Part shown: piece by piece, positions 1 to 8,756 of the stretch
Layout: the number at the start of each line of letters is the position of its first letter
Position numbering within the stretch: position 1 is the first letter of the stretch
Assembly: GCA_045606385.1 (NCBI GenBank)
Contig: JAZURX010000068.1
Span: forward strand, 7,659 to 71,658
Direction: 5' to 3'
Length of the DNA: 64,000 bases
DNA from: Bacteroidales bacterium
Lineage (GTDB): Bacteria > Bacteroidota > Bacteroidia > Bacteroidales > UBA11471
Notes under the pieces: generated by a model
Database searches by the model: none
What the model saw: the letters and a program-made list of their open reading frames with translations, nothing else
Told to the model about the DNA's origin: nothing
Program-made: the position numbers and the translations under genes

Positions 1-1
1 C

Positions 2-1408
2 GATCCTCATTCGACCTATCTCCCCCCCAAAGAAGCCCAACAAACTCTCGAATCATTGTCGGGAAACTTCGATGGTATCGGCGTACAGATTTCCATGCTC
101 AACGACACTATGTATATATCGCAAACTATCGTCGGAGGTCCATCGGAAAAAGCCGGTATACTGGCTGGCGACCGTATCATATCGGTCGATGACTCGATTG
201 TAGCCGGAAAAAATCTCTCATCGGCCGAAATTATCACACTTTTACGTGGGAAAAGAGGTACAAAAGTAGACATCGGTGTAGCTCGCATCGGCACTCCCGA
301 TGTAATACATTTTATTGTTATTCGCGATAAAATACCCGTTCATAGTATCGATGCCCAATATATGATCGACGATACAACTGCGTACATACGACTCAGCCGT
401 TTTGCTCAGAGCAGTAGCGATGAGATGAAAAAAGCCATCAAATCTCTACGCAAAGAGGGCATGAAAAATTTGATACTCGACCTGCAAGGGAATGGAGGAG
501 GATACTTAAATATCGCCGTAGAAATTGCAGATATGTTTCTCGATGACAAACAATTGATTGTATATACCGAAGGTCGCAACGTGCGACGGGCCGAAGAAAA
601 AGCTTCAAGTAATACTCTATTTCCAGATGGACGCGTTGTAATCATGGTAGACGAGACATCTGCATCGGCCAGCGAAATTCTATCGGGAGCCATACAAGAT
701 TGGGACAGAGGCGTAATTGTAGGTCGACGTACATTCGGTAAAGGGCTGGTACAAAGGCCTATCAATCTCCCCGACAAATCTCTGCTTCGACTTACTATTG
801 CCCGATACTATACACCCACCGGTCGTTGTATACAAAGGCCATACGTTAAAGGCGAAAACGACAATTACGAAAACGACCTTATGGAACGCCTCCACAACGG
901 AGAGTTACAACATGCCGACAGCACTCACTTTGTCGACTCGTTGCAATACCGCACTCTGCGCAAAGGCCGTATCGTATATGGAGGAGGCGGCATTATGCCC
1001 GATTATTTTGTAGGGCTCGACACCACTATTTACACCTCATACAATCGTAAACTCATGCGCCAAGGCATACTCAATCGTGCTATATACACATACCTCGATG
1101 CACATCGTAAAGAGATCACCTCAAAATACCGCAAGGAGAACAAGTTTATTGAATCGTACCAACCCGACAGCACACTGCTCTCCATGGTAGAATCGCTTGC
1201 TTTACAAGCCCAAATAAAGCCTATCGACGATGAAGAAAAACTTAAATCCGAAACCATCATAGCTTTACAACTTAAAGCCTTGTTAGCGCGCACAATTTTC
1301 GATACCGACACATATTATAAAATTTATAACCCCATCAGTGACATATATCGACAAGCAATTGACATAATTACGAGCAATAGATACACTGGTTTACTCGAAA
1401 GCAATTAA
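2..1408 (+). CDS. Carboxy-terminal processing peptidase, S41 family (5' end cut by window edge)
   Basis: The frame is open from the window edge (DPHSTYLPPKEAQQTLESLSGNF precedes the listed ORF 56..1408). S41 hallmarks are DLQGNGGGY, ETSASASEI (Ser) and FGKGLVQ (Lys), with a PDZ-like region upstream. Confidence 0.9.
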   Translation, partial: DPHSTYLPPKEAQQTLESLSGNFDGIGVQISMLNDTMYISQTIVGGPSEKAGILAGDRIISVDDSIVAGKNLSSAEIITLLRGKRGTKVDIGVARIGTPDVIHFIVIRDKIPVHSIDAQYMIDDTTAYIRLSRFAQSSSDEMKKAIKSLRKEGMKNLILDLQGNGGGYLNIAVEIADMFLDDKQLIVYTEGRNVRRAEEKASSNTLFPDGRVVIMVDETSASASEILSGAIQDWDRGVIVGRRTFGKGLVQRPINLPDKSLLRLTIARYYTPTGRCIQRPYVKGENDNYENDLMERLHNGELQHADSTHFVDSLQYRTLRKGRIVYGGGGIMPDYFVGLDTTIYTSYNRKLMRQGILNRAIYTYLDAHRKEITSKYRKENKFIESYQPDSTLLSMVESLALQAQIKPIDDEEKLKSETIIALQLKALLARTIFDTDTYYKIYNPISDIYRQAIDIITSNRYTGLLESN

Positions 1409-1412
1409 AAAC

Positions 1413-1450
1413 ATCGAATACGAATGAATATTTTCGTATCCGATTTATTA
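1413..1450 (+). terminator. Hairpin terminator after the S41 peptidase gene
   Basis: atcgaatacgaa / ttcgtatccgat form a 12-position stem with one mismatch and an 8-nt loop, followed by a T-containing tract. Confidence 0.55.
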
Positions 1451-1484
1451 TATAAAAAGCGCCAGCCATTAAGGTTGACGCTTT
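1451..1484 (-). terminator. Hairpin terminator after hup (minus strand)
   Basis: aaagcg..cagcc / ggttg..cgcttt form an imperfect stem. On the minus strand it is followed by TTTTTATA. Confidence 0.5.
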
Positions 1485-1507
1485 CTGTATAATAAAGATA
1501 ATGTATC

Positions 1508-1780
1508 TTATTTAACTTTTTCTGCCAATTCAGCACCAGCTTTGAATTTAACGACTTTCTTAGCAGGTATAGTAATAGTTTGCTTGGTTGCGGGGTTGAT
1601 ACCGGTTCTTTCACCTTTTTCGGCTATAGAGAATGTTCCAAAACCAATTAAAGCGATTTTTTCGCCTTTAGCCAATTCGGCTGATACTGTAGAAATAAAT
1701 GCTTCGAGAGCTTTTTTGGCATCGGTCTTAGCCAATCCTGCTTCAGCTGCCATAGCAGCGATCAATTCTGATTTGTTCAT
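1508..1780 (-). CDS. hup: HU family DNA-binding protein
   Basis: 90 aa. MNKSELI N-terminus, GFGTF motif and the RTGINPATKQ beta-arm are typical of HU/IHF. Confidence 0.93.
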   Translation of the reverse strand: MNKSELIAAMAAEAGLAKTDAKKALEAFISTVSAELAKGEKIALIGFGTFSIAEKGERTGINPATKQTITIPAKKVVKFKAGAELAEKVK

Positions 1781-1841
1781 GATTATTATGTGTTAGTATT
1801 AAAAATATGGTCGATTTCTTATTTTTAAGGGAATCTCCGTA

Positions 1842-1849
1842 CAAATGTA
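1842..1849 (-). promoter_or_regulatory. Bacteroidetes -7 promoter box (TAcaTTTG) for hup
   Basis: The reverse complement of caaatgta matches the TAnnTTTG consensus, about 60 nt upstream of the hup start. Confidence 0.5.
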
Positions 1850-2105
1850 TTATAAAAAATCAGATTTACAAAGATTTGAGTAAAAAAAAACAAAAAAAAC
1901 AGATGCTTTCACCTTTATATATGTTTTTTATCTCAAATAAAGAGAAATATTGTATATCTTCGCAACCAATAAGGCACTGTACTTGTAAAAAAAATAGACT
2001 GCCGGTGTAATGATTTACAAGACAGCTTAAACAAAATAAACATCACGAAGCCGTAATTCAAATATAAAAGATAATAATCACGACTTCAAAATTATACTAC
2101 AAATT

Positions 2106-2807
2106 ATGTATCAAAACAGATCAGGTTTCCTGAGCAGCATACCCCCCGTAACCAAAAATCTCATCATCATCAATTTGCTGATGTGGTTGGCGACCATCTC
2201 GTTACGCAAAGCTTTCGGCATTGACATCATACAATATCTGGGACTGCACTATTTCCAAGCCGAAGGATTCAATGCGGCACAGATGTTCACTTACATGTTC
2301 TTGCACGATACTTCATCACTTGCTCATGTATTTTTCAATATGTTCTCGGTATATATATTCGGACGTACGCTCGAATCGGTATGGGGCAGTAAACGTTTTC
2401 TTCTTTTTTACATTACAGCCGGACTGGGTGCAGCCCTCACACAAGAGATTGTGTGGTACGCCACTTTGCACAATGAAATTTCGATCATGGAACTTCACTA
2501 TGGATTCGCAACGACAAGCCTTTATCTCAATAACATAATCACTATTGGTGCATCAGGTGCCGTATTCGGCATATTATTGGCTTTTGGAATGTTGTTTCCC
2601 AATGCCGAATTATTTCTCATGTTCATACCTATACCCATCAAAGCCAAATATTTCGTGATAGGATATGGCGCAATCGAACTTTTCTTGGGTATATACAACA
2701 GCAGTGCCGACAACATAGCACACTTTGCACACCTCGGCGGCATGTTGTTTGGTCTTATTCTTATATTATATTGGCGCAAGAAAAACAACAACCGTGGATT
2801 TTATTAA
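2106..2807 (+). CDS. Rhomboid family intramembrane serine protease
   Basis: Polytopic membrane protein with catalytic GASGAVFG (Ser) and HFAHLGG (His) motifs. Confidence 0.85.
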   Translation: MYQNRSGFLSSIPPVTKNLIIINLLMWLATISLRKAFGIDIIQYLGLHYFQAEGFNAAQMFTYMFLHDTSSLAHVFFNMFSVYIFGRTLESVWGSKRFLLFYITAGLGAALTQEIVWYATLHNEISIMELHYGFATTSLYLNNIITIGASGAVFGILLAFGMLFPNAELFLMFIPIPIKAKYFVIGYGAIELFLGIYNSSADNIAHFAHLGGMLFGLILILYWRKKNNNRGFY

Positions 2808-3672
2808 CGAACTGAAGCAACGTTATTCACAAGGTGCTTTACACATAAAATTCATTTTTATAAACGTCGCCTTGTTTCTCATCATACGTATTATCGATGT
2901 GATGTGTCTGCTTTTTGGTTTTAACTTTTCGCCTGCTCCCTATCTCGAATTACCATCAAATCTGCAACTGCTATTATATCGTCCATACACGATAATTACC
3001 TATATGTTTTTCCAGTACGATATACTGCATTTACTATTCAATATGCTGTGGCTCTACTGGTTTGGCGCATTATTTTTGCAATTTTTCAATACCAGGCAAT
3101 TAGGAGGATTATATATCCTCGGAGGTCTCTCCGGAGCTATATTATACCTTGCATCATACAACCTACTACCCTATTTCTCCAATATCGACGGCATGCTGTT
3201 AGGAGCTTCTGCGTCGGTACTGGCCATCGTATTTGCCACCTCTGCATACGCTCCAAACTATAAAATACGGCTCTTCCTTATAGGAGAATTATCTCTCAAA
3301 TATCTTGCTCTCATTGTGATACTGATAGATATAATAAGTGTTACCTCGCAAAATGCAGGAGGGCACATTGCACACATCGGTGGAGCTCTACTCGGATGGT
3401 GGTTTGCATCACGCTGGCGACAAGGCAAAGACATCACTCGTGGAATAAATAGCTTTATCGACCGTATAACGCTGTTGTTCAGACGAAGCAAACCTCAAGT
3501 AAAATGGAGGTCGACTCGTCATCGACGCCCGATGAACGATGCAGAATACAACAGACAACGACACAACACAACTGTAGAAATAGACCGTATACTCGATAAA
3601 ATAAAACAATCGGGCTACAATGCACTTACCGCAGAGGAGAAGAAAAAACTCTTCGATGCCGGGAAAAAATAG
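2794..3672 (+). CDS. Rhomboid family intramembrane serine protease (second paralog)
   Basis: GASASVLA and HIAHIGG motifs. The listed ORF starts at 2725, inside the upstream gene. An in-frame GTG at 2794, overlapping the upstream stop by 14 nt, is the more plausible start. The C-terminal tail is basic. Confidence 0.8.
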   Translation: MDFINELKQRYSQGALHIKFIFINVALFLIIRIIDVMCLLFGFNFSPAPYLELPSNLQLLLYRPYTIITYMFFQYDILHLLFNMLWLYWFGALFLQFFNTRQLGGLYILGGLSGAILYLASYNLLPYFSNIDGMLLGASASVLAIVFATSAYAPNYKIRLFLIGELSLKYLALIVILIDIISVTSQNAGGHIAHIGGALLGWWFASRWRQGKDITRGINSFIDRITLLFRRSKPQVKWRSTRHRRPMNDAEYNRQRHNTTVEIDRILDKIKQSGYNALTAEEKKKLFDAGKK

Positions 3673-3678
3673 ACTTAG

Positions 3679-4785
3679 ATGAATCTTTTACTCAAAACCT
3701 ATCGCCTTTTTGCAATCACTGCACACATCGTAGTCGGTTGCTTGCTTCTTATTTCATCATACAGCTATCTCATACCGCCATCGGCATGGAAACTCCCCAT
3801 CTTCATGGCACTGGCTTTCCCTGTATTTTTCTACATAACTATCACGCTCGCCATAGGACAACTCATAGTACGCCCGCGAAAATACGCTCTCATACCACTC
3901 GTCTTTATCATTATATGCAGCCCGGCCATAAACAATTACTTTCCTATACACATCTCAGGAAAAGACAATGGCAACCCCAAAATCACCATCATGTCATACA
4001 ACATCATGATGTTTGGCGAAACAGAAAAAACAAAAAACGGAACGAGCAATAATCTTCTCGATTGGATAAACCAATATGGTGCAGATATTGTATGTCTACA
4101 AGAATACTGCACTGCACAAAAAACCGGTAAGCACAGACCCACTCAACAACAAGTCAACAATGCTTTATCGGCATATCCTCATAAATACATCACATACCCG
4201 CAAAACAGCAATATAGGTCTTGCTTGCTACTCAAAATATCCGATACAAAAAGCCCAGGCAGTGCCATTTTACAATACAAAAACGCCACATCGCGCCTGCA
4301 TATACCACATCGACATCGATGGTAAAACACTGCATTTAATAAATTGCCACATGCAATCCAACCAACTGAATCAATCCGACCGCGAATTATATACACAAAT
4401 CGCCCGCAATCCTTCCCAAACGACCGACTTGCTACCGCAAGTCAGCGACAAACTTTTAAGAAAACTATCAAAAGCCGCTATTTTCAGAGCCGAACAAGCA
4501 CAAATCATAGAAAAAATAATAGGTGAAACACCAAATGGCATTACCGTATGCGGTGATTTCAACGACACCCCGCAATCATATACCTACCGCAAAATACGTG
4601 GAGATATGCACGATGCCTATGTAACCGGTGGATTCGGGCCCGGAATCACTTATAATAGTAATGGCTTTTGGTTCAGAATCGACCATATCATACACGATAA
4701 TCAACTCAATACTATAGATTGTCACATTCCGCACATAAAAATGTCGGATCACTATCCCATAATAGCTACTATACAATGGGATTAA
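3679..4785 (+). CDS. Endonuclease/exonuclease/phosphatase (EEP) family protein with N-terminal membrane anchor
   Basis: Three N-terminal hydrophobic helices are followed by EEP motifs SYNIMMFG, VCLQE, GDFND and SDHYP. Confidence 0.8.
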   Translation: MNLLLKTYRLFAITAHIVVGCLLLISSYSYLIPPSAWKLPIFMALAFPVFFYITITLAIGQLIVRPRKYALIPLVFIIICSPAINNYFPIHISGKDNGNPKITIMSYNIMMFGETEKTKNGTSNNLLDWINQYGADIVCLQEYCTAQKTGKHRPTQQQVNNALSAYPHKYITYPQNSNIGLACYSKYPIQKAQAVPFYNTKTPHRACIYHIDIDGKTLHLINCHMQSNQLNQSDRELYTQIARNPSQTTDLLPQVSDKLLRKLSKAAIFRAEQAQIIEKIIGETPNGITVCGDFNDTPQSYTYRKIRGDMHDAYVTGGFGPGITYNSNGFWFRIDHIIHDNQLNTIDCHIPHIKMSDHYPIIATIQWD

Positions 4786-4822
4786 TATTATTGAAAAATT
4801 GAAGAAATTTTTCAATAATATT
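4784..4822. terminator. Perfect 17-bp AT-rich inverted repeat (terminator or operator) between the EEP gene and frdC
   Basis: aatattattgaaaaatt - gaaga - aatttttcaataatatt. It starts within the EEP stop codon and lies 22 nt upstream of the frdC -7 box. Confidence 0.5.
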
Positions 4823-4843
4823 GTTAAATAGAATAAAACGTAT

Positions 4844-4851
4844 TAAATTTG
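4844..4851 (+). promoter_or_regulatory. -7 promoter box (TAaaTTTG) for the frdCAB operon
   Basis: Matches TAnnTTTG, 58 nt upstream of the frdC ATG. Confidence 0.5.
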
Positions 4852-4908
4852 TAGCCAAAATATAAAGCAATAAATACAACAACAATATTAACTAAAATCT
4901 CAAATCTT

Positions 4909-5571
4909 ATGTGGTTATTAAACTCATCGATTGGAAAAAAGGTGATAATGAGTGTCACCGGTCTTTTTCTTATCTTGTTCCTGACATTCCACATGTCGAT
5001 GAATCTTGTTGCCATCTTCTCGGCAGAAGGTTATAATGCGATATGCGGATTTTTGGGAGCTAATTGGTACGCATTGGCAGGAACAGCCGTAATTGCCGCC
5101 GGTGCCGGTCTGCACATTCTCTACGCTCTGTGGCTGACCTACATCAATCGCCGTGCACGCGGTAACAACAATTACAAAATTACATCGAAACCCAAAGAAG
5201 TAGAATGGGCTTCACAAAACATGCTTGCATTGGGTATCATCGTTGTACTCGGATTGTGCATGCACATGTGGGATTTCTGGGCCAAAATGCAACTTAATGA
5301 AATCACAGACATCATGCCCAATATCGACCCGCATGATGGCTATGCGTTGATTGCAGAGAAGTTCAGCAGTCCGATAGCAACAGTTGCATACTTAATATGG
5401 TTTGTAGCCATATGGTTCCACCTCACACACGGATTCTGGAGCGCACTTCACACATTAGGGCTGAACAACAAAACATGGTTTACACGCTTGAAAAGCATTT
5501 CTTGCATATTTTCGACCATCATCTGTCTCGGTTTTGCTGCTGTAGCCATCTATTTCGGCTTCATTTTATAA
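4909..5571 (+). CDS. frdC: Succinate dehydrogenase/fumarate reductase cytochrome b subunit
   Basis: 220 aa with about 5 TM helices. The MWLLNSSIGKKVIMSVTGLFL N-terminus is typical of the Bacteroidetes type. It is the first gene of a C-A-B operon. Confidence 0.88.
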   Translation: MWLLNSSIGKKVIMSVTGLFLILFLTFHMSMNLVAIFSAEGYNAICGFLGANWYALAGTAVIAAGAGLHILYALWLTYINRRARGNNNYKITSKPKEVEWASQNMLALGIIVVLGLCMHMWDFWAKMQLNEITDIMPNIDPHDGYALIAEKFSSPIATVAYLIWFVAIWFHLTHGFWSALHTLGLNNKTWFTRLKSISCIFSTIICLGFAAVAIYFGFIL

Positions 5572-5597
5572 TGTTGTAACACCATCTTAAAAACAAT

Positions 5598-7604
5598 ATG
5601 ATTATGGCTAACACAGATATTACCCCCGAAGTGGAGGTTCAAGTAAAAGAAGCCCCCGCTACAAAAACAATAGATTCGAAAATTCCTGAAGGCCCCCTCG
5701 CAGAGAAGTGGTCAAACTATAAAAGTCACCAAAAATTGGTAAATCCTGCCAATAAACGTCGCCTCGACATCATCGTGGTAGGTACCGGACTCGCCGGTGG
5801 CTCGGCCGCTGCATCACTCGGAGAAATGGGATTCAATGTACTCAATTTCTGCATACAGGATTCTCCTCGTCGCGCACACTCTATTGCAGCGCAAGGAGGT
5901 ATCAATGCCGCCAAAAACTACCAAAACGATGGTGACAGCGTATACCGCCTTTTTTACGATACAATCAAAGGTGGTGACTACCGCGCTCGCGAAGCAAACG
6001 TTCACCGTCTTGCCGAAGTTTCAAACTCCATTATCGACCAATGCGTAGCACAAGGCGTACCTTTTGCCCGTGAATACGGAGGACTTCTCGACAACCGTTC
6101 GTTCGGTGGTGCACAAGTGTCGCGTACTTTCTACGCCAAAGGACAAACCGGTCAACAACTTCTGCTCGGCGCATATTCTGCCCTCAGTCGCCAAGTAAAG
6201 AAAGGTTCCGTAAAACTTTTCCCGCGTCATGAAATGCTCGACCTTGTAGTAATCGACGGACGCGCACGCGGTATCATCGCCCGCAACTTGGTAACAGGTA
6301 AAATCGAACGCTACGCCGCCCATGCAGTGGTTATCGCAACAGGAGGTTATGGTAATACCTTCTTCCTATCGACCAACGCAATGGGGTCAAATGGTTCGGC
6401 AGCGTTGCAATGCTACAAAAAAGGCGCCTACTTTGCAAATCCCGCATTTGCTCAAATACACCCCACTTGTATCCCCGTTCATGGTGAATTCCAATCGAAA
6501 CTGACACTTATGTCGGAATCACTTCGTAATGACGGACGTATTTGGGTTCCCAAGAAAATTGAAGATGCCGAAGCCATCCGCGCAGGTAAATTGAAACCGA
6601 CAGATATTGCCGAAGAAGACCGCGACTACTATTTGGAACGTCGCTATCCCGCATTTGGTAACCTCGTACCTCGCGACGTGGCATCGCGTGCCGCCAAAGA
6701 ACGTTGTGATGCCGGATATGGCGTAGGTTCAACTGGTTTGGCTGTATACCTCGATTTCTCTTCTGCAATCGACCGTCTCGGCGAAGATGTTGTACGTGCC
6801 CGCTACGGAAACTTGTTCCAGATGTACGAGAAAATCGTAGATGACAACCCCTACAAAACTCCTATGATGATATACCCCGCTATCCACTACACCATGGGTG
6901 GTATATGGGTTGACTATGAGTTGAGTACCTCTATCCCCGGTTTGTTTGCCATCGGAGAAGCCAACTTCTCGGATCACGGAGCCAATCGACTCGGAGCATC
7001 GGCACTCATGCAAGGTCTCGCCGACGGATACTTCGTACTTCCATACACAATACAAAATTACCTTTCGGACCAAATCACCGTACCACGTTTCAGCACCGAC
7101 CTTCCCGAGTTTGTTCAAGCCGAGAAAGATGTCAATGCACGTATCGAGAAATTAATGGCCATCAAAGGTAATCGTTCGGTAGACTCTATCCACAAAGAAT
7201 TAGGTCTCATCATGTGGAACTTCGTAGGTATGGGTCGTACCAAAGAGGGTCTCGAAACAGCATTGGAAAAACTCAAAGAGGTTAAAAAAGAATTCTGGAC
7301 CAATGTACGTATACCGGGTGAAGCAAATACCCTCAACGTAGAATTGGAAAAAGCACTTCGTCTCGCCGACTTCATCGAAATCGGACGTCTTATGGCCCTT
7401 GATGCACTCAACCGTAACGAATCATGCGGCGGTCACTTCCGCGAAGAGTTCCAAACTCCCGATGGAGAAGCACTTCGCCAAGACGACAAATACATGTATG
7501 TCAGCTGCTGGGAATACCAAGGCGAAGACAAAGAGCCGGTTATGTACAAAGAAGAGCTCAAATATGAAGCTATCAAAGTACAACAACGTAATTACAAACA
7601 ATAA
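5598..7604 (+). CDS. frdA: Succinate dehydrogenase/fumarate reductase flavoprotein subunit
   Basis: FAD-binding [22 protein letters not shown] (covalent FAD His) and HYTMGG motifs. Confidence 0.95.
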   Translation: MIMANTDITPEVEVQVKEAPATKTIDSKIPEGPLAEKWSNYKSHQKLVNPANKRRLDIIVVGTGLAGGSAAASLGEMGFNVLNFCIQDSPRRAHSIAAQGGINAAKNYQNDGDSVYRLFYDTIKGGDYRAREANVHRLAEVSNSIIDQCVAQGVPFAREYGGLLDNRSFGGAQVSRTFYAKGQTGQQLLLGAYSALSRQVKKGSVKLFPRHEMLDLVVIDGRARGIIARNLVTGKIERYAAHAVVIATGGYGNTFFLSTNAMGSNGSAALQCYKKGAYFANPAFAQIHPTCIPVHGEFQSKLTLMSESLRNDGRIWVPKKIEDAEAIRAGKLKPTDIAEEDRDYYLERRYPAFGNLVPRDVASRAAKERCDAGYGVGSTGLAVYLDFSSAIDRLGEDVVRARYGNLFQMYEKIVDDNPYKTPMMIYPAIHYTMGGIWVDYELSTSIPGLFAIGEANFSDHGANRLGASALMQGLADGYFVLPYTIQNYLSDQITVPRFSTDLPEFVQAEKDVNARIEKLMAIKGNRSVDSIHKELGLIMWNFVGMGRTKEGLETALEKLKEVKKEFWTNVRIPGEANTLNVELEKALRLADFIEIGRLMALDALNRNESCGGHFREEFQTPDGEALRQDDKYMYVSCWEYQGEDKEPVMYKEELKYEAIKVQQRNYKQ

Positions 7605-7621
7605 TCTTACAGGCTACGATT

Positions 7622-8377
7622 ATGGAAAAAACCATTAATATAACGCTGAAAATATGGCGTCAAAGAGGCCCCAAAGAAAAAGGTGCCTTCAAAGAGTATG
7701 CACTTAATGGCATCTCTACCGACAGCTCGTTCCTTGAAATGCTCGACATTCTTAACGAACAGCTCATTAATAAAGGCGAAGAGCCTGTAGTATTCGACCA
7801 CGATTGTCGCGAAGGCATTTGCGGCATGTGCTCACTCTACATCAACGGACACCCCCACGGACCCGATGAAGATGTTACAACTTGCCAATTGCACATGCGT
7901 AAATTCAACGATGGCGATGTAATCACTATCGAACCGTGGCGCTCAGCCGGATTCCCCGTAATCCGCGACTTAATGGTAGACCGTGGTGCTTTCGATAAAA
8001 TCATACAAGCCGGTGGCTACGTATCGGTAAATACCGGCGGTGTGCCCGATGCCAATGCTATACCTATTCCCAAAGCCGATGCCGATGAAGCTATGGACTC
8101 GGCAAGCTGTATAGGTTGTGGAGCCTGCGTTGCCGCTTGCAAAAACGGCTCGGCCATGCTTTTCGTTTCGGCTAAAGTAAGCCAACTCGCTCTTCTCCCA
8201 CAAGGTCGCGTTGAAGCCGCTGCTCGTGCCAAAGCTATGTTGGCCAAAATGGATGAACTCGGATTTGGTAACTGCACCAATACCGGCGCTTGCGAAGCCG
8301 AGTGTCCCAAAAGCGTATCGATATCGAACATAGCACGTCTCAATCGCGAGTTTATCAAAGCCAAACTCAAAGACTAA
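7622..8377 (+). CDS. frdB: Succinate dehydrogenase/fumarate reductase iron-sulfur subunit
   Basis: Cysteine clusters [20 protein letters not shown] and [12 protein letters not shown] correspond to 2Fe-2S, 4Fe-4S and 3Fe-4S centres. Confidence 0.95.
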   Translation: MEKTINITLKIWRQRGPKEKGAFKEYALNGISTDSSFLEMLDILNEQLINKGEEPVVFDHDCREGICGMCSLYINGHPHGPDEDVTTCQLHMRKFNDGDVITIEPWRSAGFPVIRDLMVDRGAFDKIIQAGGYVSVNTGGVPDANAIPIPKADADEAMDSASCIGCGACVAACKNGSAMLFVSAKVSQLALLPQGRVEAAARAKAMLAKMDELGFGNCTNTGACEAECPKSVSISNIARLNREFIKAKLKD

Positions 8378-8398
8378 ACATATACAATAGTCATAAAC

Positions 8399-8439
8399 GA
8401 CAAGAGCGGGAGGCCGTATAAAGACCTCCCGCTCTTGTC
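8399..8439 (+). terminator. Rho-independent-type terminator after frdB
   Basis: Perfect 15-bp GC-rich stem gacaagagcgggagg / cctcccgctcttgtc with an 11-nt loop. Confidence 0.8.
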
Positions 8440-8583
8440 TTCAATAGAAATTCATCGTCGTATTACGCGCTCAATTATAAATAATTCTGGCTACAAATAC
8501 AAAGAAATCACACGTCTTCAACGAACAATCACACAACACCTTGTTTTCGCAGAATAGTCGAAACAAACATTAGCAAAATGCTT

Positions 8584-8672
8584 TATAGTTGAGCAAAACC
8601 CGTATATACTACATTCGCTGTGATAAATATTGGAGCAAGTTCCATATTTCTCGCTCGTTTATTGTATATTTG
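8584..8672 (+). repeat. Intergenic repeat, copy A (about 85-bp unit with 13-mer ATTTCTCGCTCGT and terminal TAtaTTTG box)
   Basis: The exact 13-mer is at 8646-8658 and TATATTTG at 8665-8672. The copy aligns block by block with those at 45323-45414 and 21546-21647 (minus). A degenerate extra core cgcgctcaattataa lies near 8474-8500. Confidence 0.75.
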
Positions 8673-8756
8673 TAACTTGAATTGGTATATACTTCCGATA
8701 CCGACAAAGGCAAGACAGTTACACCAAAGCAAGATAACCCAACGTAGAAAACAATC

